The notes: generated from the letters alone by a model not told the origin. DNA of 64,000 nt from an uncultured Legionella sp. (GCA_902168255.1 CABHON010000004.1:34361-98360); one strand, 5' to 3'. Positions 1-10,294 are shown, numbered from the stretch's first letter. Numbers and translations are program-made.

Positions 1-876
1 AGTTGGACTAGTAACATTGATTTCAGTGATAAAGTCACCAATAACGTCAATCCCGACAAATAAAAGATTTTTTTCTTTTAATGTAGGTCCTACTTGCTCG
101 CACAACCATTGATCTTGTTCAGTAAGGGGAACAACCGTGCCTTTTCCTCCTACGGCTAAATTAGCGCGAGTCTCACCTTGCGCTGGGAAACGTGCCACAG
201 CAAATGGTGCAGGTTTTCCAGCGACGATTAAAATTCGTTTGTCACCGTGAGTATGAATTTCAGGTAAATAACGTTGCACTAAAATGGGTGTGTTGCCATT
301 TTCTGTGAGGGTTTCAATAATCACATGCACATTAGGATCATTTTCATGAGCAACAAAAATAGATTGTCCCGCCATTTTATCCAATGGTTTAAATACAGCC
401 TTTTTTTCCTGTTTCCAAAAATCCAACAATAAAGAAGCATGGGAACTAATGAGTGTTGGAGGGCAACAATGCGGGAAATGCGTCGCAAATAATTTTTCAT
501 TGGCATCGCGCAAGCTTTGCGGCTTATTCACTACCAATACCCCTTTTTTTTCCACTAACTCAAGCATGTAAGTGGTGTAAATATAATTTAGGGTAAAGGG
601 AGGATCTTTTCTCATGAGAATAACATCAAATTCACTGAGAGGAATATTTTCTTGCACATTGGTCTCGTTGAACCAAGCAGTTTTATTGGTGCGCTGTATG
701 GTGATTTTTCTAGCCAAACCAAATACTTCGCCATTTAAAATATGAAGGCTTTGTTGGGGAAGATAGGTGATGGAAAAGCCATAGCGTTGAGCTGCATCCA
801 ACAAATGAACCGTTGTATCATTTTCAGGCTTAATGTATTCAATGGGATCCATAATGACCCCTAATTTTTTCGTCAT
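1..876 (-). CDS. gshB: glutathione synthetase (partial; C-terminus lies beyond window start)
   Basis: Absent from the ORF track because it runs off the window. My translation of the minus strand from ATG 876-874 gives MTKKLGVIMDPIEYIKPENDTTVHLLDAAQRYG...FDVILMRKDPPF...VLVVNKPQSLRDANEKLF...FVGIDVIGDFITEINVTSPT, with no stop down to nt 1. These are canonical prokaryotic GshB motifs. The ATG overlaps the gshA stop (ATGA, 873-876). Confidence 0.9.
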   Translation of the reverse strand, partial: MTKKLGVIMDPIEYIKPENDTTVHLLDAAQRYGFSITYLPQQSLHILNGEVFGLARKITIQRTNKTAWFNETNVQENIPLSEFDVILMRKDPPFTLNYIYTTYMLELVEKKGVLVVNKPQSLRDANEKLFATHFPHCCPPTLISSHASLLLDFWKQEKKAVFKPLDKMAGQSIFVAHENDPNVHVIIETLTENGNTPILVQRYLPEIHTHGDKRILIVAGKPAPFAVARFPAQGETRANLAVGGKGTVVPLTEQDQWLCEQVGPTLKEKNLLFVGIDVIGDFITEINVTSPT

Positions 877-2174
877 GATGCATTTCTCACTTCTGCGGCT
901 TCACGCGCTGCTGCTAAGGCAGCAAGTCGAGCCACAACGCCATAAGCATAAAAGCGGCGCGATTTTGAGTCAGCTTCGGGATTATTACATGCAGCATTAA
1001 AAGCTAATGGCTCAAAATGCATGCCGGGAGTATTTAAGTTTTCATCGATTCTTTTATCTTTATGAATACGATAAAAACCACCCATCACATATTGGCCTAA
1101 CATGTAAATGACGGGTTCGGCAACGCCTTCATCGGGTGGCGTGCCGGCTGTTTCAAATGTATAAACCCCTTCTTGGATAATTACTTTTTGAATTTTTTGG
1201 TTTCCTTTGCTGGTAGACATTTTGGTTCGTTGTTTTCGATTGAGCCCTAAAATCTCTTGAGCACTTTTTACCATCATAATTCCCATTCCATAGGTACCTG
1301 CATCAGCTTTGACAACGACAAAAGGCTCCTGTTTTATACCATATTCGGCATATTTGTGACGAATTTGTGTAAAAATAGTTTCAATAGAATCAGCTAGCGT
1401 TTCTATACCGGTACTTTCCATAAAATCTAGATCCGTACAGGCTTTAAAAAATGGTGTGATAAGCCACGGATCAATATTAATTAACTGGGCAAATTCCTGC
1501 GTAATATCATGATAATGCGTAAAATGATGAGACTTTAACCGAGAAGCCCATCCCAGCTGAGGATTAGGATAAATAGGTTGTTGAATATTCTCAAAAAGAG
1601 CAGGAACACCGTCGGACAAATCATTATTTAATATAATCATGCAGGGATTAAAATCATGCAATTGAAGTCGATTATCTTTCCGAATAACAGGCTCAAGGTA
1701 AAGGGAGGTATTTGGAATGGATTGAGGTTCAGTTAAATCATCTATGAGTGAGCCAATACGAACTTCAAAACCAGCTTTTGAAAAAATAGTATGTAAGTTA
1801 ACTAAACTTTTGAAATAAAAAGGATTACGCGTGTGATTTTCAGGAATAATTAAAATGCGGGTACAACCAGGCATCTTTTCGGCAATAACACTTTGGGCTG
1901 CTTGAATATATAAAGGGAAGAAATCGGGATTAAGATTATTAAAGCCTGCAGGAAATAAATTCGTATCAACAGGTGCCAGACGAAAACCTTCATGACGCAA
2001 ATCAACCGAAGAGGTTACCACTGCAGGAGTTTTGCGCCATTGTTGACGAAACCATGTTTCAATTTGAGTTTGCTTATCAACAAAAACTTTTTCTAATGAG
2101 CACGCTGATAAAATGGAACATTCAGCAATACTTGAAGGAAGGTGTAAACAAACAGAATCACACGAAGGTTTCAT
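873..2174 (-). CDS. gshA: glutamate-cysteine ligase, ATP-grasp-related minor family (Acidithiobacillus ferrooxidans type)
   Basis: 433-aa ORF overlapping gshB by 4 nt, with an AAGGA RBS 8 nt upstream. The sequence (RNPFYFK, FVVVKADAGTYGMGIMMV) matches my recollection of the rare non-E. coli GshA family. The call rests on that recollection plus the coupling to gshB. Confidence 0.65.
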   Translation of the reverse strand: MKPSCDSVCLHLPSSIAECSILSACSLEKVFVDKQTQIETWFRQQWRKTPAVVTSSVDLRHEGFRLAPVDTNLFPAGFNNLNPDFFPLYIQAAQSVIAEKMPGCTRILIIPENHTRNPFYFKSLVNLHTIFSKAGFEVRIGSLIDDLTEPQSIPNTSLYLEPVIRKDNRLQLHDFNPCMIILNNDLSDGVPALFENIQQPIYPNPQLGWASRLKSHHFTHYHDITQEFAQLINIDPWLITPFFKACTDLDFMESTGIETLADSIETIFTQIRHKYAEYGIKQEPFVVVKADAGTYGMGIMMVKSAQEILGLNRKQRTKMSTSKGNQKIQKVIIQEGVYTFETAGTPPDEGVAEPVIYMLGQYVMGGFYRIHKDKRIDENLNTPGMHFEPLAFNAACNNPEADSKSRRFYAYGVVARLAALAAAREAAEVRNAS

Positions 2175-2183
2175 TTTACGTCC

Positions 2184-3065
2184 TTATAAAGCTTGAATTT
2201 TTTTTGCCACCGCTACTAATAATGAGGAAACTTTTGGGGCTGCTTTTTTACCCATGTCAACCACCGTATCATGTGAGTGAATATTAGGACCCACACCAGT
2301 AGCATAATTAGTAATAGTAGCAATAACGGCTGTTTTTAAACCACAATGATTCGCCACGATAATTTCTGGTACGGTGGACATACCAATGACATCAGCCCCC
2401 CAATGTTGGAACATTCGAATCTCTGCAGCAGTTTCATAACTTGGGCCTAAAACTGAAATATATACGCCTTCATGCAAGGTAATATGTAAATCCCGGGCTG
2501 TTTGACGAATTGCTTGATTAAGTTTATGGTTGTAAGCTTCATCAAGCGCAGGAAATCGTGGGCCAAAATCATCGTCGTTAGGGCCTGCAAGCGGATTACC
2601 TGGTTGAAAATTGATATGGTCTTGAATAAGAACCAATTGGCCCGGGTGAATTTTTTCGCGCAAAGAACCCGATACGTTAGTAGCAATATAATATTCACAC
2701 CCTAAGAGTTTTAAGGTGCGAATCATTGTTTTAATAGGAACGTAGGATTGAGTCTCATAAGTATGAGAACGGCCTTTTAGACAAGCAACAGGTGTTTCAT
2801 TTAAATAGCCTAAACAAAGTGAGCCGGAATGACCTTTCACACTAAGAGAAGGAAATCCAGGCAAGTCAGTATAAGCAATTTCAGTTACATCGGTGAGTTG
2901 TTCAGTAAGGCTATCTAAACCAGAACTTAATAAAATTCCTAAACGTGGAACAAAATTTGGTCGCGCTTTTTGAATAAATTCGGCGGCTTGATGGGCATGT
3001 TGTGTCAAGATATAATTCTCCGTTACTCTTCGCAGTGAAGCTTTCAGTTTCGTTGCAAGCTGCAT
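2184..3065 (-). CDS. purine nucleoside phosphorylase (trimeric PNP/MTAP family)
   Basis: 293 aa with GHSGSLCLGYL...GRSHTYE and GMSTVPE motifs. It ends 9 nt before the gshA start, so it is probably the first gene of a PNP-gshA-gshB operon. The ATG at 3065 lies inside a repeat unit. An alternative TTG at 3008 is preceded by GGAG. Confidence 0.85.
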   Translation of the reverse strand: MQLATKLKASLRRVTENYILTQHAHQAAEFIQKARPNFVPRLGILLSSGLDSLTEQLTDVTEIAYTDLPGFPSLSVKGHSGSLCLGYLNETPVACLKGRSHTYETQSYVPIKTMIRTLKLLGCEYYIATNVSGSLREKIHPGQLVLIQDHINFQPGNPLAGPNDDDFGPRFPALDEAYNHKLNQAIRQTARDLHITLHEGVYISVLGPSYETAAEIRMFQHWGADVIGMSTVPEIIVANHCGLKTAVIATITNYATGVGPNIHSHDTVVDMGKKAAPKVSSLLVAVAKKIQAL

Positions 3066-3400
3066 CGCCTTCGGTCATGTACTAGATGTACATTCCCTCG
3101 GCTGCTTCGCTTGCGCCTCACTGAAAACTCCATTGCTGTGAGTAATACAATATAAAAATATTGCACTGAAGCTTTCAGTTTCGTTGCAAGCTGCATCGCC
3201 TTCGGTCATGTACTTAGATGTACATTCCCTCGGCTGCTTCGCTTGCGCCTCACTGAAAACTCCATTGCTGTGAGTAATACAATATAAAAATATTGCACTG
3301 AAGCTTTCAGTTTCGTTGTTGGCAGTCGTTTTCGGGGAGGTACAAACCTACCCTACGTATGCTTCCTCGAAAATTCTATTGCAGTGCGTAATCAAATATA
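3032..3400. repeat. tandem array (2 near-identical units plus 1 degenerate unit) of a ~131-132 bp palindromic element, family B
   Basis: Units start at 3032, 3163 and 3295 (GCA(G/C)TGAAGCTTTCAGTTTCGTTGCAAGCTGCATCGCCTTCGGTCATGTAC...). Each unit is an imperfect hairpin whose left arm pairs with ...GCTTGCGCCTCACTGAAAACTCCATTGCTGTGAGTA. The third unit has diverged after about 25 nt. Confidence 0.85.
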
Positions 3401-3404
3401 ACAA

Positions 3405-3821
3405 TTATTTAAGGTGTTCAGGGCTAAACGCTTCAGGAAGTAGCTCAGCAACGGTAAATGTTTTTTGAACGCCAGTTTCATCTGCTAAATGAATTCGTGT
3501 CGTGGGGGTGGAGAATTCTACAATACGTTGACGACAAGCGCCACAAGGAACACACAAACTGACGTCATGATCGTGATGTTGACTTGTAATAATAATGTTT
3601 TTTATTCGCTTGTCCCCGGCGCTTATCATAGCTGAAATAGCGGCGGTTTCTGCACATACTGATAGTCCATATGATGCATTTTCGACATTCGTACCAGAAA
3701 AAATTTGACCATTTTCTGTTTCGATGCATGCACCTACTCTATAACGAGAATAGGGAGAATAGGAGTTTTGCATCGTCTCACGAGCGATTTTTAGCATACT
3801 ATTTAAATTGTTGTCTGGCAT
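3405..3821 (-). CDS. cdd: cytidine deaminase
   Basis: Zinc-binding motifs CAETAAI and CVPCGACRQ are present, and the size is typical of the tetrameric type. I trimmed the start to the ATG at 3821 (AAGG RBS) because the track start at 3851 is a TTG. Confidence 0.9.
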   Translation of the reverse strand: MPDNNLNSMLKIARETMQNSYSPYSRYRVGACIETENGQIFSGTNVENASYGLSVCAETAAISAMISAGDKRIKNIIITSQHHDHDVSLCVPCGACRQRIVEFSTPTTRIHLADETGVQKTFTVAELLPEAFSPEHLK

Positions 3822-3965
3822 ACCAAAACCTTTGATAAAAATTCTAGACAACGACTATACCACAGATTTTAAAAACGGTATAATCCTGTGGCTAATTTTG
3901 GGCAGTCATCGAATCGCCTCTCTAAAAAAATTAGTTTATACGATTTTAACTGTTAGGAAAAAGTA

Positions 3966-4391
3966 ATGAAGATAGTAGTGAACTCAATGAATGTTCGACG
4001 CTTTTGTGGAATGGTTTTTGCTGTGTTATTAATGGTAGGATGTAGCAGTAATAAACATGAAACTGTTTATATGTATTCGCCTCCAACCAGTGTAGACGGG
4101 CGCGCTTGTGTAGATGAGTGCCGTCAATCAAAGGCAACTTGTGATAACCAATGTACAGTTGCTTCGCCACAATGTCTAGCCAGAGAACAACAAGACGCAC
4201 AACATCACTATAATGCTTATGTGGAACGACAAAAAATGTTGGGACAACCACTTTCTCGAAATTTACACTCTTTCTATCATCCGGAAAGATGTGATCATTC
4301 TGGTTGTGGATGTGAAACAAACTTTGAAGTTTGTCATCAGTTGTGTGGAACACGAACTGAAATTCATGATGCAATTGTAACAACCGAATAA
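3966..4391 (+). CDS. small Cys-rich lipoprotein, function unknown
   Basis: Signal peptide plus lipobox (LLMVGC|SS), AGGA RBS, and about 13 Cys in the mature part. I recognise no family. Confidence 0.6.
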   Translation: MKIVVNSMNVRRFCGMVFAVLLMVGCSSNKHETVYMYSPPTSVDGRACVDECRQSKATCDNQCTVASPQCLAREQQDAQHHYNAYVERQKMLGQPLSRNLHSFYHPERCDHSGCGCETNFEVCHQLCGTRTEIHDAIVTTE

Positions 4392-4429
4392 ATTTATACG
4401 CTACTCAGAAATGAGAGGAGGATAATTAA

Positions 4430-7114
4430 ATGACATCAAACATAATGAATTCGGCGGATATCGATCGCCAAGAAACACAAGAATGGTTAGAAGCGCTTGA
4501 CTCTGTATTGACTCGAGATGGAAAAGACCGGGTTGCTTTTTTGTTGAAGCAATTATTTAATGAAGCGTTATGCCGCGGTGTTCAACGAGTAATACCCTAC
4601 AACACTCCCTATAGAAATACTATTGCAACAGAGGATGAAGCTCAACTTCCTGATGATCCTGCCTTGATAGAAAGACTGAGTGCATTTATGCGATGGAATG
4701 CTGTGATGATGGTATTACGAGCAGGGCATAAAGCACCAGAATTGGGTGGGCATATTGCTACTTATGCTTCTGCGTCAACATTATATGAAATAGGGTTTAA
4801 TTATTTCTTTCGTGCTAAAACAACACTCGAAGATGGCACAACCCAAGAGGGGGATTTGATTTATATTCAAGGTCACTCAGCACCAGGTATATATGCCCGG
4901 GCTTTCTTGGAAGGACGTTTGACAGAAGAGCAATTAGATCATTTCCGACAAGAAATCGAAGTGAATGGTTTATCTTCCTATCCTCATCCATGGTTAATGG
5001 GCGATTTTTGGCAGTTTCCTACCGTTTCAATGGGATTAGGGCCTATACAAGCTATTTATCAAGCGCGCTTCTTAAAATATTTAGAAAACCGAAATCTTTT
5101 GAAAACCAAGGGTCGTCGTGTGTGGGCTTTTCTTGGTGATGGAGAAACTGATGAACCTGAATCATTGGGAGCATTACAAATTGCGACTAAAGAAGGTTTA
5201 GATAATTTAATTTTTGTGGTTAACTGTAACTTACAACGCTTAGATGGTCCTGTTCGTGGCGATGGAAAAATTATTCAAGAATTGGAAGCACATTTTGCTG
5301 GGTGTGGTTGGAAAGTCATTAAAACTATCTGGGGTGCTGGCTGGGATAAATTACTTGCGCAAGATACGGATGGCCTATTGCTTCAACGGATGGAAGAGTG
5401 TGTGGATGGTGATTATCAAGCTTACCGAGCAAAAGATGGTGCCTATGTTCGTGAACATTTCTTTGGAAAGTACCCACAATTAAAAGAACGGGTGGCCCAT
5501 ATGTCTGATGATGAAATTTGGTCCATGGTTCGTGGCGGACATGATCCTCAAAAAGTTTATGCGGCGTACTATGAAGCAGTGAATTCACATGGTCAGCCAA
5601 TTGTGATTTTAGCTAAGACTGTAAAAGGTTATGGAATGGGTGAAGCAGGTGAAGGCCAAAATTATACTCATCAGCAGAAAAAAATGACATTAGAGCAGTT
5701 GCATGCATTCAAAAAACGTTTTGATATTCCTGTTAAAGAAGAAGATATTGAGTCATTAACTTTTTGTCATCCTGAAAATGATAGTCCTGAAATACAATTT
5801 TTATTGGAGCAACGGGAAAAATTGGGTGGCTTTTTGCCGGCTCGACGCAAGACATCGGCTTCTTTACAAGTGCCAGAGTTAAGTTATTTTGACTCTGTAT
5901 TAAGAGGATTAGGTGAGCGTGAAATTTCAACTACGATGGCCTTTGTACGATTATTGAATTTATTGTTGAAAGACTCACATTTAAGTCAACGACTTGTGCC
6001 TATTGTTCCTGATGAGTGCCGCACCTTTGGTATGGAAGGGTTGTTCCGACAAATCGGTATTTATTCACCGGTTGGACAATTGTATACGCCTGTGGATCGT
6101 GATCAAGTTATGTACTACAAGGAAGCAACTGATGGTCAAATTTTTGAAGAAGGGCTTACTGAAGCGGGTGCTTTTGCTTCTTGGATGGCAGCGGCGACTT
6201 CTTACAGTTCCAATGATTTTCCCATGATCCCATTCTATATTTACTACTCGATGTTTGGATTTCAACGTATTGGTGATTTAGCATGGGCTGCAGGCGATAT
6301 GAAAGCGCGAGGTTTCTTGTTAGGTGCTACAGCGGGTCGCACAACGTTGGCTGGTGAAGGTTTACAGCACCAAGACGGACAAAGTTTGGTAATGTCCTCT
6401 ATTATTCCTAATTGTGTATCTTATGATCCTACGTATGCTTATGAGTTAGCGGTCATTATTCAAGAAGGCTTACGTCGAATGGTTCAAGAGCAAGAAAATG
6501 TGTTCTATTATATTTCGCTCATGAATGAAAACTATGTACAGCCAGACATGCCAGAAGGAGTCGAGGAAGGTATTCTTAAAGGAATGTATTGCTTACAAAC
6601 TGCAAATAAACCCAAAAAGCTGCATGTGCAATTATTGGGCTCTGGTACTATTCTACGTGAAGTTATTAAAGCGGCTGAAATGTTGGAAGCTGATTTTAAT
6701 GTAACTGCTGATATTTGGAGTGTCACTAGCTTTACAGAGCTGAAACGCGAAGCAGATGAATTAGCCCGTTATCAGCAATTTCATCCAGAAGATAAACCTA
6801 CTTTATCTTATGTAGAAAAGTGCTTTACAGAGAAAAAAGGTCCTATAATTGCAGCAACGGATTATGTTCGCATGTATGCGGATCAAATTCGTCCGTATAT
6901 TTCTGTTCCTTATGTAACATTAGGGACAGATGGTTATGGTCGAAGCGATACGCGTGAAAAATTGCGTCATTTCTTTGAGGTGGACGCAAAGGCTATTGTG
7001 CTAGCCACGATGAAAGCATTGGCGGATGCAGGTGAAGTGAAGGCTTCGGAAGTGACTAAAGTCATCGAGAAGTATGAAATTAACCCTGAAAAGAAAAATC
7101 CTTTTAAAAGCTAA
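4430..7114 (+). CDS. aceE: pyruvate dehydrogenase E1 component (homodimeric type)
   Basis: 894 aa with a strong GAGGAGG RBS. It has ThDP-binding GDGE...N and full-length collinearity with AceE-type E1, and is followed by E2 and E3. Confidence 0.97.
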   Translation: MTSNIMNSADIDRQETQEWLEALDSVLTRDGKDRVAFLLKQLFNEALCRGVQRVIPYNTPYRNTIATEDEAQLPDDPALIERLSAFMRWNAVMMVLRAGHKAPELGGHIATYASASTLYEIGFNYFFRAKTTLEDGTTQEGDLIYIQGHSAPGIYARAFLEGRLTEEQLDHFRQEIEVNGLSSYPHPWLMGDFWQFPTVSMGLGPIQAIYQARFLKYLENRNLLKTKGRRVWAFLGDGETDEPESLGALQIATKEGLDNLIFVVNCNLQRLDGPVRGDGKIIQELEAHFAGCGWKVIKTIWGAGWDKLLAQDTDGLLLQRMEECVDGDYQAYRAKDGAYVREHFFGKYPQLKERVAHMSDDEIWSMVRGGHDPQKVYAAYYEAVNSHGQPIVILAKTVKGYGMGEAGEGQNYTHQQKKMTLEQLHAFKKRFDIPVKEEDIESLTFCHPENDSPEIQFLLEQREKLGGFLPARRKTSASLQVPELSYFDSVLRGLGEREISTTMAFVRLLNLLLKDSHLSQRLVPIVPDECRTFGMEGLFRQIGIYSPVGQLYTPVDRDQVMYYKEATDGQIFEEGLTEAGAFASWMAAATSYSSNDFPMIPFYIYYSMFGFQRIGDLAWAAGDMKARGFLLGATAGRTTLAGEGLQHQDGQSLVMSSIIPNCVSYDPTYAYELAVIIQEGLRRMVQEQENVFYYISLMNENYVQPDMPEGVEEGILKGMYCLQTANKPKKLHVQLLGSGTILREVIKAAEMLEADFNVTADIWSVTSFTELKREADELARYQQFHPEDKPTLSYVEKCFTEKKGPIIAATDYVRMYADQIRPYISVPYVTLGTDGYGRSDTREKLRHFFEVDAKAIVLATMKALADAGEVKASEVTKVIEKYEINPEKKNPFKS

Positions 7115-7126
7115 GAGTAGAAAATT

Positions 7127-8674
7127 ATGTCGAAATTAATTGAAGTGAAAGTGCCTGATTTAGGGGGCGCATCTAAAGCAGATGTTATTGCAATTAATGT
7201 TAAAGTAGGTGATACCGTTGCAGTTGATGATGCTTTAGTAACCTTAGAAGGGGATAAAGCAAGTATGGATATTCCTTCACCTGAAGCAGGTATTGTGAAA
7301 GAAATTAAATTGTCAAAAGGGGATAAAGTGTCCCAAGGCAGCTTAATTTTGACCTTAGAGCAAGAAGGAAGCAGTAGCAGTGAGACATCAACTGCTCAAA
7401 AAGAACCAACAGAAAAAAATGAGGAATCAGAATCGGCTCAATCAACATTAGTCGAAGTAAAGGTTCCTGATCTTGGCGGCGCGTCTAAGGCAGACGTGAT
7501 TGCTATCAATGTGAAAGTGGGTGATGCGGTTGAGATAGATGATGCTTTAGTAACCTTGGAAGGAGATAAAGCGAGTATGGATATTCCTTCACCTGAAGCA
7601 GGTATTGTGAAAGAAATTAAATTGTCGAAAGGTGATAAAGTTTCTCAAGGTACTGTTATTTTAGTGTTAGAGCAAAAGGGACAAGCACCTACAAAGTCCT
7701 CTGCTAAAGCGGAAGAACAGCAACCAAAAACAGAAGGTTCTGAGATAAGTAACATCACGAAGCAACCAAAAACAGAAGTCACTTCTGAACATCATGTTCA
7801 TGCAGGTCCGCTGGTTCGTCGATTAGCCCGTGAAAGAAATATTGATCTTAATCAGGTCAAGGGTTCCGCACGAAATGGCCGTATCACTCGGGAAGATCTT
7901 GATAAATATACATCTGCAACCAAATCTTCCTCTGAACAAGTTACAGACAGACAAGCAGTAGGGGATCAATGGGGTGAAACGGAAGTAATGGCACTCAATA
8001 AGATCAAACGGGTAACAGCGGAAAACATGCTTCGCAATTGGGTGACAGTACCTCATGTAACACAGTTTGATAAAGCGGATATTACTGAGTTAGAAGCTTT
8101 CCGTGATAAACATAAAAATAGAGCGGAAAAGGATGGCTATAAATTAACGCCATTAGCATTTATTGTTAAAGCGATTGCCCATTCACTTAAAGCTTTCCCA
8201 ACCTTTAATGCTTCATTAGATGCTTCTGGTGAAAATCTTGTTCTCAAAAAGTACTATCATGTAGGTGTTGCTGTTGATACACCAAATGGTTTGGTTGTCC
8301 CAGTATTACGTGATGTGGATAGAAAATCCATCCGTGAGATTGCTAAAGAAATGGGTGAAATCAGTATCAAAGCACGTGATAAAGCATTGTTGCCCAAAGA
8401 TATGATGGGTAGTACTTTTACTGTTTCGAGCTTAGGTGGAATCGGTGGTACTGCCTTCACTCCGATTGTAAACGTACCAAACGTGGCTATTTTAGGTATT
8501 TCTAAATCTAAAATGGAGCCAGTGTATGATAACGAAAGCGCTCAGTTTATTCCTAAACTCATGCTGCCATTATCTTTATCCTATGATCATCGTGTTATTG
8601 ATGGCGCGGAAGCTGCGCGATTTATTGTGCATTTAAGTGCCTGTTTAGAAGATTTAAAATTATTATTATTGTAG
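7127..8674 (+). CDS. aceF: dihydrolipoamide acetyltransferase E2 with two lipoyl domains
   Basis: Two lipoyl domains (LEGDKASMDIPSP twice), a peripheral subunit-binding domain (GPLVRRLARERNIDL) and a catalytic domain with DHRVIDGA. Confidence 0.95.
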   Translation: MSKLIEVKVPDLGGASKADVIAINVKVGDTVAVDDALVTLEGDKASMDIPSPEAGIVKEIKLSKGDKVSQGSLILTLEQEGSSSSETSTAQKEPTEKNEESESAQSTLVEVKVPDLGGASKADVIAINVKVGDAVEIDDALVTLEGDKASMDIPSPEAGIVKEIKLSKGDKVSQGTVILVLEQKGQAPTKSSAKAEEQQPKTEGSEISNITKQPKTEVTSEHHVHAGPLVRRLARERNIDLNQVKGSARNGRITREDLDKYTSATKSSSEQVTDRQAVGDQWGETEVMALNKIKRVTAENMLRNWVTVPHVTQFDKADITELEAFRDKHKNRAEKDGYKLTPLAFIVKAIAHSLKAFPTFNASLDASGENLVLKKYYHVGVAVDTPNGLVVPVLRDVDRKSIREIAKEMGEISIKARDKALLPKDMMGSTFTVSSLGGIGGTAFTPIVNVPNVAILGISKSKMEPVYDNESAQFIPKLMLPLSLSYDHRVIDGAEAARFIVHLSACLEDLKLLLL

Positions 8675-8686
8675 AGGTTATAAAAA

Positions 8687-10117
8687 ATGTCTGATGTATT
8701 AAAAACTCAAGTTGTTGTGTTAGGTAGTGGCCCTGGAGGTTATTCAGCAGCATTTCGTGCTGCCGACTTGGGAAAAAGCGTTGTTTTAGTAGAACGTTTT
8801 TCATCATTGGGGGGCGTGTGTTTAAATGTAGGATGTATCCCATCTAAAGCGTTATTGCATGTAGCAGATGTTATCAATGAAGCAAAACACAGCGATGTTT
8901 CAGGTTTAACCTTTGCGAAACCTACCATTGATCGTGATAAATTAGTAAATTGGAAAAATGGTATTGTTAAAAAGTTGACAGGTGGTTTAACCATGTTGGC
9001 TAAAACCCGCAAAGTACAAGTTATTACTGGGGTAGGTAAGTTAAAAGATACGAATCATTTAGTGGTTGAAACAGATAAAGGTCCTGTTACTGTTGAATTT
9101 GAGCAAGCAATTTTAGCTGCAGGTTCTGAATCAGTAAAACTACCTTTCTTACCAGAAGATCCTCGTATTTTCAGTTCTACTGGCGCATTAGAATTAAAAG
9201 ATATCAAAGGCGATTTATTAGTTATCGGCGGTGGTATTATTGGCCTAGAAATGGCGACTGTTTATTCTGCATTGGGTGTGAAAGTGACTGTTGTTGAATT
9301 TATGGATCAATTAATGCCTGGTGCGGATGCTGATTTAGTTAAAGTGTTGCAAAAACGCCTTACTACGAGCGCTGGCGTAGAATGCATTTTGAAAACCAAA
9401 GTTACTGCAGTTAAAGCTGAAAAAGATGGTATATTGGTTTCTTTTGAAGGTGAACAATCAATGGAACCCCGTCGTTTCCAACAAATTTTGGTTGCTGTGG
9501 GTCGACGTCCTAATGGTAAAAATATTGGTGCAGAAACCGCTGGTGTTCATGTGGATGAACGTGGGTTTATTCCTGTAGATTCTCAAATGCGTACGAATGT
9601 TGCTAACATTTATGCAATTGGTGATATCGTTGGTCAACCCATGTTGGCACACAAATCTATTCCACAAGGCCGTGTGGCTGCAGAAGTAATTGCTGGTATG
9701 AAACACGCATTTGAACCAAGATGTATCCCATCTGTTGCTTATACCGATCCAGAAATTGCATGGGTTGGTTTAACTGAAACGGAAGCAAAGGCTAAAAATA
9801 TCCCTTATGAAAAATCCATCTTCCCTTGGATGGCAAGCGGACGTGCATTAAGCATGGGACGTGAAGAAGGTATGACCAAATTAATTTTTGATCCGACTTC
9901 TCATCGTTTACTTGGTGCCGGTATTGTTGGTGTTCATGCCGGTGATTTAATTGCTGAAGCTGGATTAGCGATCGAAATGGGTTGTGAAGCGGAAGATTTA
10001 TCGTTAACGATTCATCCACATCCAACGTTATCTGAAACAGTTGGTTTATCTGCAGAAATTTTTGAAGGCACAATTACTGATTTGTATATGCCTAAAAAGC
10101 CTGCTAAGAAGGACTAG
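8687..10117 (+). CDS. lpdA: dihydrolipoyl dehydrogenase E3
   Basis: GSGPGGY FAD-binding motif, redox-active CLNVGCIPSK, an NAD site, and a C-terminal HPHPTLSE interface motif. Confidence 0.95.
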   Translation: MSDVLKTQVVVLGSGPGGYSAAFRAADLGKSVVLVERFSSLGGVCLNVGCIPSKALLHVADVINEAKHSDVSGLTFAKPTIDRDKLVNWKNGIVKKLTGGLTMLAKTRKVQVITGVGKLKDTNHLVVETDKGPVTVEFEQAILAAGSESVKLPFLPEDPRIFSSTGALELKDIKGDLLVIGGGIIGLEMATVYSALGVKVTVVEFMDQLMPGADADLVKVLQKRLTTSAGVECILKTKVTAVKAEKDGILVSFEGEQSMEPRRFQQILVAVGRRPNGKNIGAETAGVHVDERGFIPVDSQMRTNVANIYAIGDIVGQPMLAHKSIPQGRVAAEVIAGMKHAFEPRCIPSVAYTDPEIAWVGLTETEAKAKNIPYEKSIFPWMASGRALSMGREEGMTKLIFDPTSHRLLGAGIVGVHAGDLIAEAGLAIEMGCEAEDLSLTIHPHPTLSETVGLSAEIFEGTITDLYMPKKPAKKD

Positions 10118-10285
10118 AAAATAGTATTTTCGTTATTAGCAATCCAACCTCTTTAAATATTAGATTCTAAGACATTTATTTTCGCTACCACCAGGTAAAG
10201 AGCCAAATATCGACAATACTATGACTTCTTGGTTTTTTAAGTTTAATAAAAAATTACTAAATTCCGGAAATTTCATGCTTTTTTA

Positions 10286-10294
10286 TGGTATACT
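10286..10294 (+). promoter_or_regulatory. candidate extended -10 promoter (TGGTATACT) for the giant-gene pair
   Basis: TGnTATACT lies 32 nt upstream of ATG 10326 in an AT-rich 208-bp intergenic region. A GAGGA RBS sits at 10311-10315. There is no good -35. Confidence 0.25.

Noticed and set aside
1973-2705. Plus- and minus-strand ORFs overlapping gshA and PNP (1973-2287, 2447-2698, 2502-2705), and similar short antisense ORFs inside aceE, aceF, lpdA, the giant genes, SulP-CA, OPT, the histidine kinase and mutS.
   Set aside because: They are embedded in, or antisense to, long ORFs with clear family identity, and they have no RBS or recognisable motifs. They are typical chance ORFs in AT-rich DNA.
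3032-3400. Possible CRISPR array, because of the regularly spaced repeats.
   Set aside because: The units are 131-132 nt long and directly abut each other with no unique spacers. Each unit is itself a long imperfect palindrome, and no cas genes or leader are present. This is a tandem MITE-like array.
7127-7680. ~320-nt internal direct repeat in aceF, including a 53-nt identical run (7262-7314 versus 7575-7627).
   Set aside because: This is the ordinary duplication of lipoyl domains in E2 and is not a mobile or novel element. The identical run is most simply explained by gene conversion between the domains.
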